From the NCBI GenBank assembly GCA_963702095.1, contig OY969706.1:2784001-2848000 (forward strand): DNA of 64,000 nucleotides, read 5' to 3'. The stretch comes from Candidatus Bathyarchaeota archaeon (GTDB lineage: Archaea; Thermoproteota; Bathyarchaeia; Bathyarchaeales; Bathycorpusculaceae). Numbering within the stretch: position 1 is the first letter of the stretch; every line of letters starts with the position of its first letter. Below the pieces are notes generated by a model, which saw only the letters and a program-made list of their open reading frames with translations, was not told the DNA's origin and made no database searches. Below, piece by piece: positions 20,466-30,560 of this stretch. A program made the translations under genes and the position numbers.

Positions 20466-21026
20466 ATGAAAGTTTTAGCTATAAGTGGAAGCCCCCGCCC
20501 AAACGGCAACACCGACCTACTCCTGACTGAAGCCCTACAAGCAGCCAAATCAGCTGGCGCCCAAACCCAACTCGTAAGGCTATCTGATTATCATCTTGAA
20601 CCCTGCCAAGGCTGCATGACCTGCGCATCAACGGGCAAATGCATCCAAAAAGACGACGGAGAAGCCCTCTACAAACTGCTAACCGAAGCAGACGGCATCA
20701 TTTTAGGAAGCCCATCCTATTTCCAAGGCGTCACTGGACCCATGAAAAACTTCATAGACCGCATGGGTTTTCTGGGTTTACAGCGCAAAAAAGTAGATTT
20801 TAACGGTAAAGTCAGTGGAGTAGTAGCGGTGGCTCGTCGATCAGGCGTTTCTAGCACCTGCAATCAAATGTTGACGTTCTTCACAGCGTTGGGTGTGGCG
20901 ATTCCAAGCGCGGGTAGAGTCTACGCCATTGCACGGGACAAAGGTGACGTCTTAAACGATAAGGAAGGCGTGGATTCTGCGCGGTCTCTGGGGAAATCGA
21001 TTGTTAATGCTTTGGGCAAGCCTTAG
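20466..21026 (+). CDS. flavodoxin-like iron-sulfur flavoprotein (NADPH-dependent FMN reductase family)
   Basis: ISGSPRPNGNT, CQGCMTC...C, GSPSYF. Confidence 0.88.
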   Translation: MKVLAISGSPRPNGNTDLLLTEALQAAKSAGAQTQLVRLSDYHLEPCQGCMTCASTGKCIQKDDGEALYKLLTEADGIILGSPSYFQGVTGPMKNFIDRMGFLGLQRKKVDFNGKVSGVVAVARRSGVSSTCNQMLTFFTALGVAIPSAGRVYAIARDKGDVLNDKEGVDSARSLGKSIVNALGKP

Positions 21027-21591
21027 CTGTTTTTTGGGCTGCTTTGAGGCATTTTTCGAAGCCACCCAAATAAGTAAACAACTGATCTGCAGGCGCCTCT
21101 TCAACTACCAAAAACTGGCTGTTGGCGTTGATGCAGCCGTCAATCATGAGGTTATCTGTTAAGCCGACCTCTTCAATGAACATGCTCTGGGCATCCCAGA
21201 GTTTGCCATCTCTACGCACTACTTTGCCGCCCAACGCCCCGATGGTGCGCTCCGTAAACGGCACAGTGACGTTGGTGTATGCATAAACCCGTTTCCCTAA
21301 AGCATGTGCAAACCCCATTTCATAAGCGGTGCCGACGTCGGCGCTTGGACCCCTAAACGGCGTAATGTTGGCAATGACGATATCACAGCTTTTGATTAAG
21401 TCCTCATTTACGCCGCTTATACAAAGCCCGCGCTCACTTGGCGATTTGCTTTCCACCTCAACCTCTACATCTATGGGAAAAACGCCTTCAAAACCGTATT
21501 TTTTGCAAAGTTGCTTTTTTGCTTCGCCGATTTCTTTGGCGTTGACTAGGAACACTTCTGGACCTGCAAGGTAGACACGGAGTGGTGGCAC
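21004..21591 (-). CDS. nucleoside 2-deoxyribosyltransferase family protein
   Basis: VYLAGPEVF, DVGTAYEMGFA, NLMI; GTG start inferred. Confidence 0.88.
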   Translation of the reverse strand: MPPLRVYLAGPEVFLVNAKEIGEAKKQLCKKYGFEGVFPIDVEVEVESKSPSERGLCISGVNEDLIKSCDIVIANITPFRGPSADVGTAYEMGFAHALGKRVYAYTNVTVPFTERTIGALGGKVVRRDGKLWDAQSMFIEEVGLTDNLMIDGCINANSQFLVVEEAPADQLFTYLGGFEKCLKAAQKTAKACPKH

Positions 21592-21834
21592 TGAGGAACC
21601 TCCAAGGTACAGTAGTAATGCTGCTCTTATAAGCAGCGCAAGTTGAGTCGCCCCCTTAACGCGTGTTGTTAGCAGCTGATTTATCATCGCCAACCTGCAG
21701 CGTGACCTCTGGATTGTCGCAATCTTAAAATCTCTCCAGAAGACTGGTGATATTGCCGGTTTTCGAGTCTTTTTTGAAAAAGCCCAAGTTTTGCTGGAGT
21801 TCACTCAGGGCTTGTTATAAGGGTCGATTAAGAA

Positions 21835-22902
21835 ATGCCAAATCCGAAGAATAACAGAGAAAAAAGCGAACCACAACTGCGTGATGGCGCCAGATTTCTA
21901 TGCGCCGCCCAAGCCCTCCTAAAATCGAGGCTCTGGACACATAGACCCTTCTTTTTGGCTCACGCAATCACCTACGCCTGTAATTCCCGATGCAAAACCT
22001 GCACTTACTGGAGAATGTCTAGCAGAAAAAACGAAGATATGTCCACAGAGGATGTCTTTGGGCTCCTCGATGAAGCCTACGATTGTGGCATGAGAGGTTA
22101 CTACCTTTTCGGCGGAGAACCCACGGTTCGAGAAGACATTGGGGAAGTGGTGGCGTATGCTAAGCGGAAGGGGTTTTTGACTACTATGAACACCAATGGC
22201 TCTATGTTGGTGGCAAAGGCGGAGTCCCTGTGCAATGTGGATTTCATGTTTGTTTCCCTAGATTACTTTACCCCTTATCATGATTTTATCAGGGGAAGAG
22301 CGGGCTCTTTTAGAGAGGTCATGGAGGGCATCAAGAGAATACGGCAAGTGGGGAACACCAAGGTGGTTTTGGTGACAACCATCAGCTCCATGAATTTCGA
22401 TGCCATAGAGCCCATGGCACAGTTCGCCTCTGATTTACATGCCGGTATCTCTTACAATGCTGTAGAGCCCACCGTGCAGTCAAGTTTTGAGCAGGGCAGA
22501 ACCGACTCCCCAGTCAGCGACTACGGGTTAACACATAGGCAACTTCAAGTCTTCTACAACACGCTGCTAAAACTCAAGAGGGAGGGCTATCCGCTGATGG
22601 AAACAGAACATGTGCTAAAACACTTTGTTGAAGGACGACGCTGGATTTGCAATTTTCCCCAGATGTTTGTTTACGTGTCGGCTGACAAGAAAATCTTTAG
22701 CTGCACCTACGACCACACCTACGACCTAAAAAGCGGCTCCTTTAACGAGTACTTTTCCAGCAGCCTCTTTAGAGACCATGTTGAGAGCGCAAAGAAATGC
22801 AATGTCTGCGTGAGAACCTGCGTGAGGGGCTACGCCTACACTTATGATCTCAATCCTCTTCATCTTGTCAACCTTGTGGGCGACGCAAGAATAGTCCTGT
22901 GA
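21835..22902 (+). CDS. radical SAM protein with C-terminal Cys cluster
   Basis: CNSRCKTC, GGEP, NTNG, C-terminal C..C..CNVC...C. Confidence 0.88.
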   Translation: MPNPKNNREKSEPQLRDGARFLCAAQALLKSRLWTHRPFFLAHAITYACNSRCKTCTYWRMSSRKNEDMSTEDVFGLLDEAYDCGMRGYYLFGGEPTVREDIGEVVAYAKRKGFLTTMNTNGSMLVAKAESLCNVDFMFVSLDYFTPYHDFIRGRAGSFREVMEGIKRIRQVGNTKVVLVTTISSMNFDAIEPMAQFASDLHAGISYNAVEPTVQSSFEQGRTDSPVSDYGLTHRQLQVFYNTLLKLKREGYPLMETEHVLKHFVEGRRWICNFPQMFVYVSADKKIFSCTYDHTYDLKSGSFNEYFSSSLFRDHVESAKKCNVCVRTCVRGYAYTYDLNPLHLVNLVGDARIVL

Positions 22903-22920
22903 CAAGTACCCTTTGAGGGA

Positions 22921-23394
22921 TTATGTGAAGCTTGCATTGTAGAGCGTCGCGTTAAACGGCACGTCGAATAGCACCAGATTGGCTGACCCAACAATGGTGA
23001 CTGTTACGGTTCCGCCTCCAGTGATGAGGCCATAGACGACTGAGGGCAGCCCCGTCGGGTTAAAATCGACTGGAACGGTGATTAGGCTTTGGCTATTGCC
23101 GCCAATCGTCAGGGAACCAAAAGAGCCCATCCCAGAAGCAACATCGTTTATGTAGACAGTAAAGGTGCCATCGGGAACATAGATCGGCAGCAGCCCCGAG
23201 TTGCCTATGGCGATTCCGAAGTTGGTTTGCACCGACGTTAAACCTATGCTGCTTAAACTGACGCTTTTAAGCTCGAAGGTCAGCTTGTGGTAGGCATCGT
23301 AATAGTAAACCGCTAACCCCGCAACTACCACTACAACTATTAGGATGATTGCTGCAGCAACAATTTTTCTTGCAACCACATGCTCCGCCACCAA
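22921..23394 (-). CDS. membrane-anchored LEA_2/WHy-like protein
   Basis: N-terminal TM followed by a beta-rich domain (IGNSGLLPI, VYIND). Confidence 0.65.
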   Translation of the reverse strand: MVAEHVVARKIVAAAIILIVVVVVAGLAVYYYDAYHKLTFELKSVSLSSIGLTSVQTNFGIAIGNSGLLPIYVPDGTFTVYINDVASGMGSFGSLTIGGNSQSLITVPVDFNPTGLPSVVYGLITGGGTVTVTIVGSANLVLFDVPFNATLYNASFT

Positions 23395-23560
23395 ACTATG
23401 CTTGAAGAAGCCATAAAAAGAATTGTTTCTGCTTCAACACAGCCACACCGCCGCTGGTTAATGGCGATGCTTTGCTTGTGAACGATTACAGCCCAGCAGT
23501 ACCACTGCAGCCATGGCTTCTTTTTTTACAAAAAGTGGGCTGAGCGCCGATGATATCTAA

Positions 23561-26287
23561 TCAACTTTTGGAGCGGCGTCTTCTGCGTATGAAAACTTTG
23601 GTTACCTCGTCAAGCAGAATAAAGCCTAAAGCGAATCCGAAGCCAATCGACCATTGCTCACTGCTCAGTGGTGTCGTGTTGGCAATTTCTCTTAGTAAGC
23701 CGGCGCCTAGAAAAAGGAAAAGCAAAGCCACCCCATAGAGCGCCAGTTGCCGCCAGCCCGGTAGGAGGTCTTTGGAGAATATGGTTTCTGTTTCGCTTCT
23801 CGAAGTCACTCCGAGGGCTACGCTTAGCAACGCGAAGATAGCGTACCCCATCGTTATAGCCTGGTTCGAAGCTACTCCACTGTAGTAGGCTTCGATGAAC
23901 AAAGTGGCAGCCGCGATAATTACGCCCAAGAAGACTATGCGCAGCCACTGGTACCGTGACAGCACCGGCTGAGCGAGCGGACGAGGTTTACGCTTCATTA
24001 ACCCCGGCGAAGGGTCGTCGAACCCCAAAGCGATGGCGATGGGAACTTGAATTAGGAAGTTTATCCAAAGAACAGTCAGCGGACTGAAAGGTGTGCCGCC
24101 CAAGATTGAGAAGAACGCAGCACCCAAAAAAGTAGCGATAAAAGCCACCAACGTGCCCATCTGGAAACGGATGTACTTTACCAAGTTGTCGTAGATGCCC
24201 CGTCCATATTCTACTGCGCCAACGATGGTGGCAAAGTTGTCGTCGGTGAGAATCATTACTGCCGCATCCTTAGACACCTCGGTGCCGGTGATTCCCATAG
24301 CGACCCCAATGTCGGCTTTTTTGAGGGCTGGGGCATCGTTGACCCCGTCTCCTGTCATGGCTACGATGTTGCTTTTCTTCTGCAGCAGAGACACCAGCCG
24401 CAATTTGTCCTCGGGGGCTACACGTGCGATAACTCCGATTTCGCCCAATTCCCTGTCGACTTCTTCATCCTTCATGGCGGCGAACTGGGTGCCAGTTAAT
24501 GCTTTGCCCTCGATTCCGAGCTCGTGACCTATGACTTCTGCTGTGGTGGCATAGTCGCCGGTGATCATGCGTACTTGGATACCGGCGTCGTGGCATTTGG
24601 CGATGGAGTCTTTAGCTTCACGCCGTGGAGGATCAACCATGCCGACTATAGCAAGTAATGTTAAGTCGTTTATTTCATCAAGGAGTTTGCTGTGTTGATC
24701 AAAGGTTTGGGGGTCAAAATCTTTGCGGGTTACTACAATTACGCGTTCGCCAGCTTTTGCCATCCGCTCGTTTTCCACGTTAGCCACTGGACGGTTTTCT
24801 TGGGTTATTGGTAGGACTTTGCCGCCGGGCGTCCAATATGAGTTGCTGCGGGAGATCAACACGTCCGGCGCCCCCTTGACGAAGGCACGCACAACTGGTT
24901 TGCCCTCAACGTTGGTCGTGTTGTGGAAGGTTGCCATGAACTTGTATTCTGAATCAAAGGGCACCTCTGCTATCCGCGGGTAATTCTTCCTCGCATCCTC
25001 GACGCTTATGCCGCCTTTCTCAGCCAGCACTATCAGGGCACCTTCGGTGGGGTCACCGATCACAGTGTCCTCTTTGAGAGTAGCGTCGGCGCACAGCGCC
25101 ATGGGCAACAGTATCTCGTCTAAGTCAATTTTGGCGCCGCCGTCATGCAGTAGCTGCCCCTGAGTGCTGTAGCCTTCGCCTGTCACCCGATAGTGATTTC
25201 TGCCCGGTACAGAAAATTCCCGTACAGTCATCTTGTTTAACGTAAGTGTCCCGGTTTTATCTGAGCAGATGGCAGAAACCGACCCTAAAGTCTCAACTGA
25301 AGGCAGACGCTTCACGATGGCGTTGTGGCTGGCTAAGACACGGGTGCCCTCAGAATACAATGTAGTCACCACAACAGGCATGCCGGTGGGGATAGCCGCG
25401 ATTGCCAAAGCTACCCCTGCAATGAAGAGTGTTTCAAACGCCTGCCCCTGACTTAACCCAAAAATAACCATCAAAACAAAGGTGATGCCTGCTATTCCAG
25501 CGATGATAAGTGTGAGCCTGTCTAACTGTTTCTGCAGTGGTGTCTTTTCAGACTTAGTTTTATTGATTAAGTCCGCGATATGCCCCATTTCAGTGCCCAT
25601 GCCCGTCGTGGTCACCATCATTTCTCCCCTGCCGCGAGTGACCGCTGTGTTCATGTAAGCCATGCAGTGTCGATCACCTAAGGGCGCATTGGGCTCAGTG
25701 ATGACTTCAGTATTTTTCGGAGACGCAACACTTTCCCCAGTCAAAGCCGCCTCCTCAACCTCGAGTGAGGCAGCAACAAAGAGGTGCCCATCCGCTGGCA
25801 CTCGGTCCCCCGCTTCAACAAGCACGACGTCGCCTGGCACTATTTGCTCGGCGTCAATCTCGGTTTTCTGCCCATCCCGGCGCACGTGGGCAACGTTCTT
25901 AATCATTTTTTCCAAAGATGCCACGCTAGCTTGGGCTTTTGCTTCCTGCTTTAGTCCCAGCAATGCGTTGGAGACTGTTAGTCCAAGCAGAACCAGTGTG
26001 GTGCCCAGTTGGGCGGTGAACACAAGGCTGATTATTGCAGCCGCGACTAGAATGATCTGCATGAAATCGCGGTATTGACGCAGAAAAGCATGGAAGCCTG
26101 ATTCTTTCTTTTTGCCCGAGAAGATGTTTGGTCCGTATTTCTGTAGGCGCGTCTCTGCTTCAGTTGCGCTTAACCCTTTCTTTGGGTTTACATCTAATTT
26201 GTTTGCTGTTTGCTCGACGCTCAACTTGTGCCAAGTTTCCTGCTCCGCCGGCTGACTGTGAGGCATTGATTTGGGTTTCTTTGGCAT
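23561..26287 (-). CDS. cation-translocating P-type ATPase (type II)
   Basis: LTGES, CSDKTGTLT, KGAPD, MITGD, TGDGVNDAPAL. Confidence 0.95.
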   Translation of the reverse strand: MPKKPKSMPHSQPAEQETWHKLSVEQTANKLDVNPKKGLSATEAETRLQKYGPNIFSGKKKESGFHAFLRQYRDFMQIILVAAAIISLVFTAQLGTTLVLLGLTVSNALLGLKQEAKAQASVASLEKMIKNVAHVRRDGQKTEIDAEQIVPGDVVLVEAGDRVPADGHLFVAASLEVEEAALTGESVASPKNTEVITEPNAPLGDRHCMAYMNTAVTRGRGEMMVTTTGMGTEMGHIADLINKTKSEKTPLQKQLDRLTLIIAGIAGITFVLMVIFGLSQGQAFETLFIAGVALAIAAIPTGMPVVVTTLYSEGTRVLASHNAIVKRLPSVETLGSVSAICSDKTGTLTLNKMTVREFSVPGRNHYRVTGEGYSTQGQLLHDGGAKIDLDEILLPMALCADATLKEDTVIGDPTEGALIVLAEKGGISVEDARKNYPRIAEVPFDSEYKFMATFHNTTNVEGKPVVRAFVKGAPDVLISRSNSYWTPGGKVLPITQENRPVANVENERMAKAGERVIVVTRKDFDPQTFDQHSKLLDEINDLTLLAIVGMVDPPRREAKDSIAKCHDAGIQVRMITGDYATTAEVIGHELGIEGKALTGTQFAAMKDEEVDRELGEIGVIARVAPEDKLRLVSLLQKKSNIVAMTGDGVNDAPALKKADIGVAMGITGTEVSKDAAVMILTDDNFATIVGAVEYGRGIYDNLVKYIRFQMGTLVAFIATFLGAAFFSILGGTPFSPLTVLWINFLIQVPIAIALGFDDPSPGLMKRKPRPLAQPVLSRYQWLRIVFLGVIIAAATLFIEAYYSGVASNQAITMGYAIFALLSVALGVTSRSETETIFSKDLLPGWRQLALYGVALLFLFLGAGLLREIANTTPLSSEQWSIGFGFALGFILLDEVTKVFIRRRRRSKS

Positions 26288-26538
26288 TAAAAAACCTCAA
26301 AATAAGCTCTAAACTTTGGGTTGATATGTAAAAACCGCTTTTCCTATGTTAACCTAGAGAAACGAGTATACTAAAGGGTTTCTCTGGGGCAGCTTGGTGC
26401 CGGAGAGAGGGATATTCCGATTAAATTTGTGTTTAATGGTCAAGTGTATAGGTGTTCACAACTATTATGAACAAATCTTAACTAACCTTATATTAAACCA
26501 AACGAACGTATGTATAGAACGATAGGGAGCTAAACAAA

Positions 26539-26724
26539 ATGAAAATAGAAATATCCCGAAGCCTTGAACAGGTGAAGAAAAAAGGACCCCGGATGGCGGC
26601 AGCATTTGAAGAAGCTGAAAAGTCGGTGATGCTGGTTGCCTTAAAAGCAATCTCTTCATGCACCCAATTTGCATTTGACAGGTTTTCACAAAACAGCAAA
26701 GCCATGAATAATGGCGCCAATTAA
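26539..26724 (+). CDS. hypothetical small protein
   Basis: ATG with upstream GGGAG; no recognisable motif. Confidence 0.35.
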   Translation: MKIEISRSLEQVKKKGPRMAAAFEEAEKSVMLVALKAISSCTQFAFDRFSQNSKAMNNGAN

Positions 26725-26799
26725 AACTCATCTTTTTCTAACCCCAAATGACTTCTTGTAGTAAATTGACTGTGACTGTAACTTCGCGCCAAAGTAGAA

Positions 26800-26923
26800 T
26801 GGCGCCGGGGAAGGGATTCGAACCCCTGCGAGCCGAAGCCCACCAGCTATCTTGCCACTGTTGATCTGGCTGCCCATTTTTAAGATCTCGAGGCTGGCGC
26901 GATAACCACTCCGCCACCCCGGC
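26800..26923 (-). tRNA. tRNA-Ser(CGA) with 38-nt intron at 37/38 (26849-26886); CCA encoded
   Basis: GCCGGGG acceptor stem, CCAGC-CT-CGA-G[intron]A-GCTGG anticodon arm, long variable arm, GTTCGAATC T-loop. Confidence 0.92.
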
Positions 26924-27015
26924 ACCGCAGACTATCTTCGCGTTTCCCTCTAAAAGAGTTTTCAGTCAAAGCAGACAGTTTGGCGGAAGGATCAGTTTTG
27001 GATTAAGCTTCTATC

Positions 27016-27188
27016 TCTTTATGTGGGTGTGGCGGTTTGCAGGGTGCCAGACGATTGTTTTAGAATACGTTTGCTTTTTGATTTTGCAACGATTATCGGC
27101 TCCTGTTTCGGTGTGGCATATGGGTTTTTCTCCACACGCCCTGAATAGTTATATGTTGAAGCCGCTTCGATGTGTATGTGAAAGCATG
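27016..27188 (+). repeat. dispersed intergenic repeat family R2, copy 2
   Basis: Shares blocks such as CCTGTTTCGGTGTGGCA, CCACACGCCC and TTTGCAGGG with 19301-19473. Confidence 0.85.
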
Positions 27189-27371
27189 AATCATTTCTTT
27201 TTTTAGCGAGGGCCAGTGAATAGCATAATGCAGTCGGGCACTAGCATGGTCCATACAGCGGGGTTAGTCATCGCTCACTTTCAACCAACCCAAACCAAAC
27301 GTCCTGTACGCAATTTTGAGGCTCAAAAGCAGAACAAAAAGGCTATTCCAGTAACCAATTGAACTGGCAAG

Positions 27372-28166
27372 TTAAGCGCCACCTATATAATCAATCGAAA
27401 ACTCAGCACCCCCACTTACACCCGAGACATTCACAAGTTGAATCGACTGATTATTCTGAACCTCAGGCTCCATGTAGACGCGGTTGTCTGAGAAATCAGC
27501 GATTCCCCCCGTCCTCCCCGATATGGTAGTTTGGCAACCCAAGAAAGTCACGCTTCCAAAATTTGCCAACTCTGCAAGTGCACCGTTAACTTGTGGTCTC
27601 TCAACAATCCACTCTACACTCAGCTTCTGAGCGTTGTACTGGAAGTTTTGCTTGAAGCTTTGACCCGTATTTTGGTCTTCTATGGAAATAGACCAGGTGT
27701 TCGTAGCTGAGTCAGCAAGGTTTATGGAGGCTTGCATCTGGTCACCTGGAGATACCTGCATCGAATTTATTTTTATTTGGTTGTCTGGAAGCATCTCGTA
27801 CCACGCATAATAATTCGCTGCTCCATCTGCGTAGTCCTGCTCCGTGCCGACTTGAATGAGGCTGCTATCAAACATACCGCCTATCCCAACCCACGCCGCT
27901 GAATAAGCGTTTGCTCCAATGTCTTTTACCTTGGGCACAGTCCAAGAAGCACTTACAGCAGTAACAGCTGCCTGTGGAAAGAACAAGTTGGAGGCAGCAA
28001 TATACCCAGCCCAGTTCCCCGCAACAGAAACAATCGGCACCGGCAGAGGTCTTTGCAAAAAACCCGTATTATTGAAGAATACTATAAAAACTAAAAAACC
28101 TGCAATAACCAAAAAAACAATCCCTACAACTGTCGCTCCTACACTTCGATGGCGGTGTCTAGACAC
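27372..28166 (-). CDS. membrane-anchored G1-family glutamic peptidase (eqolisin-like)
   Basis: NWAGY, AWVGIGG, LIQVGT (catalytic Q), AWYE, EWIVE (catalytic E); N-terminal TM. Confidence 0.88.
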   Translation of the reverse strand: MSRHRHRSVGATVVGIVFLVIAGFLVFIVFFNNTGFLQRPLPVPIVSVAGNWAGYIAASNLFFPQAAVTAVSASWTVPKVKDIGANAYSAAWVGIGGMFDSSLIQVGTEQDYADGAANYYAWYEMLPDNQIKINSMQVSPGDQMQASINLADSATNTWSISIEDQNTGQSFKQNFQYNAQKLSVEWIVERPQVNGALAELANFGSVTFLGCQTTISGRTGGIADFSDNRVYMEPEVQNNQSIQLVNVSGVSGGAEFSIDYIGGA

Positions 28167-28297
28167 TTAGAAAACCCCATGAACCTTAGGGGCTCTTTTG
28201 ATTTAAAGATGTGTGGGAGTAACCAAACAGTCCCGAACACACCAAACCGACCCGAAATTCGCAGCGCATTGGGCGAACATTTTATCAACCCGTATGC

Positions 28298-28801
28298 ATG
28301 GCATCACAAAACATCGGAAGAGAGAAAAAATTGATCAGTAAAATAACCGAGCAACTTTTCCTAAGCCAAGTCATCGGCGTCTTGGGTGCCGACCTCAGTG
28401 GCTCAAACGGCAGCCTCAAAAACTTGGAGAACTTGGGCATAACCCATGTCGTAAGCGTTTGCCCCGAACCCGACTTAATCGAAAAAGAAACCAGCCTCTT
28501 CGCCGCATCCAACAACGACTTTAGCTTCCACAGCATACCCGCCCCAACAAGCCAAGCGGAGCCAAACATGGACCCATGGATAGCAGGTCTTAACACAGCC
28601 ATAGAGGAAGTCACAGCCATCTTAGCTAGGAACGCAGAGGCAAAAATCCTTGTCCACTGCATAGAAGGCGTCGACAGAAGCCCCTACATAGTCGCCACAA
28701 TAATCGCACAGCAAAATAACATCCTGCTAAACCAAGCCTACCAACAGGTAAAAGCCGCAAGACCAATCATAAAAGAACACTACGAATGGCAAAACGCCTA
28801 A
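28298..28801 (+). CDS. dual-specificity protein phosphatase
   Basis: ILVHCIEGVDRS (HCx5R), GITHVVSV, VKAARP. Confidence 0.88.
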   Translation: MASQNIGREKKLISKITEQLFLSQVIGVLGADLSGSNGSLKNLENLGITHVVSVCPEPDLIEKETSLFAASNNDFSFHSIPAPTSQAEPNMDPWIAGLNTAIEEVTAILARNAEAKILVHCIEGVDRSPYIVATIIAQQNNILLNQAYQQVKAARPIIKEHYEWQNA

Positions 28802-28810
28802 CACGACAGC

Positions 28811-28945
28811 TTTTGTTTTTTTAATATTAAGAAGAAGAGAAGATGCCCCTTACTCATCATCTACCCGCGGGCTTGGCAGGCAACTGTTTTTTTGCGTCAG
28901 CGTTTGAGATGCATTGCAGGCTGGTTGAGGCGATTCCACAAGCAG
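28811..28945 (+). repeat. dispersed intergenic repeat family R1, copy 1
   Basis: Aligns to 29683-29817, 36955-37090 and 62022-62156. Confidence 0.85.
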
Positions 28946-29014
28946 ATAGCGGGTTAGGCGTATTCACACCAAAAAATATAACTACTGTGACATTAAATGT
29001 AATCCCGGTAACAT

Positions 29015-29215
29015 ATGACTCAATGTTTAGCTAAAACAAGAAAAGTCGGCGGCTCAATTGTAGTGACTTTGCCCAAAGAAATCGTTGAAAGCAAGAAAAT
29101 CAAAGAAGGCGAAATCATCGAAATCACCGTAAAAAAAGTCCGCAAAGAAGGCTTCGGAATCCTAAAAGGCGTAGGACCATTCACTGCCGAAGACGAGCTG
29201 ACAACTCATGACTAA
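29015..29215 (+). CDS. vapB: AbrB/MazE-type antitoxin
   Basis: KTRKVGGSIVVTLPKEIV..KIKEGE; overlaps the PIN gene. Confidence 0.88.
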   Translation: MTQCLAKTRKVGGSIVVTLPKEIVESKKIKEGEIIEITVKKVRKEGFGILKGVGPFTAEDELTTHD

Positions 29216-29591
29216 ACACGTCATCGACGCCTACGCATGGATAGAATACCTAGACGGCAGTGCCAAAGGCAAAAAGGTAGCGGCAATCCTCGAGGAAAAC
29301 GACGAAATATACACCTGCGCCATAACACTGGGCGAAGTAGTGAGCAAAGTTGCACGCATTGGCAAAGACGCAAAAATAGCCTACGACATCCTGCTAAGCA
29401 ACTCTCAAATAATCACAGCAGACGAAGAACTATCCCTACAAGCAGGGCTCGTCCATTGTGAGATGCGAAAAACACAAAAAGACATCGGATTAGCAGACGC
29501 CTACATCCTAGCCGTCGCACGAAAACTCAAATCAAAAATTCTCACAGGCGACCCCCATTTCCAAGGGCTAAAAGAAGCAATAATGCTGTAA
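29208..29591 (+). CDS. vapC: PIN domain toxin
   Basis: VIDAYAWIEY, LADAYILA, LTGDPHF. Confidence 0.9.
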   Translation: MTKHVIDAYAWIEYLDGSAKGKKVAAILEENDEIYTCAITLGEVVSKVARIGKDAKIAYDILLSNSQIITADEELSLQAGLVHCEMRKTQKDIGLADAYILAVARKLKSKILTGDPHFQGLKEAIML

Positions 29592-29682
29592 CTGCATTAA
29601 TGCATTGACCAAAGCTCCCCACAACACCCAACCAAACATCAATACTGCCAACGGCTAAACGCCTAAACAGATCAGAACCACC

Positions 29683-29817
29683 GCTTGATTCTCTAACTCT
29701 AAGTAGTAGTGAAAAACCCCTATACACAACAACAACCAGCAGATCAAGAAGAACAATGCATTGCAACTTCAGCGCCTGGGGACGACTGCAGGCTGGTTGT
29801 GCAGTCACCGCAAGCAA
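29683..29817 (+). repeat. R1 repeat, diverged copy 2
   Basis: Gapless alignment to copy 1 at offset 872; shares TCAGCG, TGCAGGCTGGTTG and CAAGCA. Confidence 0.7.
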
Positions 29818-30189
29818 CGCCGTTAAGCCACGTTGGCGAGGTCACATGCGATTTTTTCTCTACTCCCCTCTATTTATAGGCTCCACAAACGCAGAGTAAA
29901 CCGCTTTTTAGATAGGCGACCACTGAAAAACCATAAAAGTGGTTGTGCGGTTGCAAGGTTTTATGTGGTGGTCGTCAACAGTTGTTTTGGCGTTAGCGTA
30001 AGGTTTACGTTGCAGACCTGTGAGGGGCAAATCCGCAAACAGCAACCCACCCATCAGACACCACACCAAACAACCCAACAAAAACAACATAGCTCTAAAC
30101 CACGCTTACCGAACAGTAAAAACCACACACCCAACAAAACACAAACACTACAAATGGCTAAACGCCTTATGTGTCCTTTCTTTCTTTGA

Positions 30190-30560
30190 CCTACCTATAC
30201 CTCAGAGAGAGGTCCCCTCCCCTCTACTGGTCCTGAAACGAGTTTCTAATGGGCACCAAATATACCGGCTGTTACCTTTCCCTCTATAGGTTCCAGCATA
30301 GAACCACTAATAGGTCCCAAATAGGTCGCCTAAACCCCTATTGGAAAACAGCAGATTATCCTAATAGGCAATGCAATATCCTAAATACTATTTTCAGGTC
30401 GCTAATTTTTAATCACCCTATCTGAGGCATTAATGCAATTCATAGACCAATAATCAATTACCATTATTCATTATCTGAATAAAATATTGAAAAATTGAAT
30501 ATAACTCGTATGTTTATGGCTTTTCATCACATTTAAATTACGGCCAAATCACTAATCTGT
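30190..30560. other. candidate replication origin / AT-rich regulatory region
   Basis: Within a 1.3-kb ORF-poor gap; repeated ATAGG motifs, ORB-like words and an AT-rich tract at about 30440-30545. Confidence 0.3.

Noticed and set aside
26728-26925. 65-aa ORF
   Set aside because: Overlaps the tRNA-Ser gene.
28843-29034. R1-derived ORFs (also 36939-37208, 61993-62184) as a protein family
   Set aside because: No shared start or stop, many second-position changes and a frame difference at the 3' end; better explained as a DNA/RNA repeat.
29833-30289. ORFs 29833-30189 and 30020-30289; possible third R2 copy
   Set aside because: Low-complexity A/C-rich translations; R2 similarity is limited to short words.
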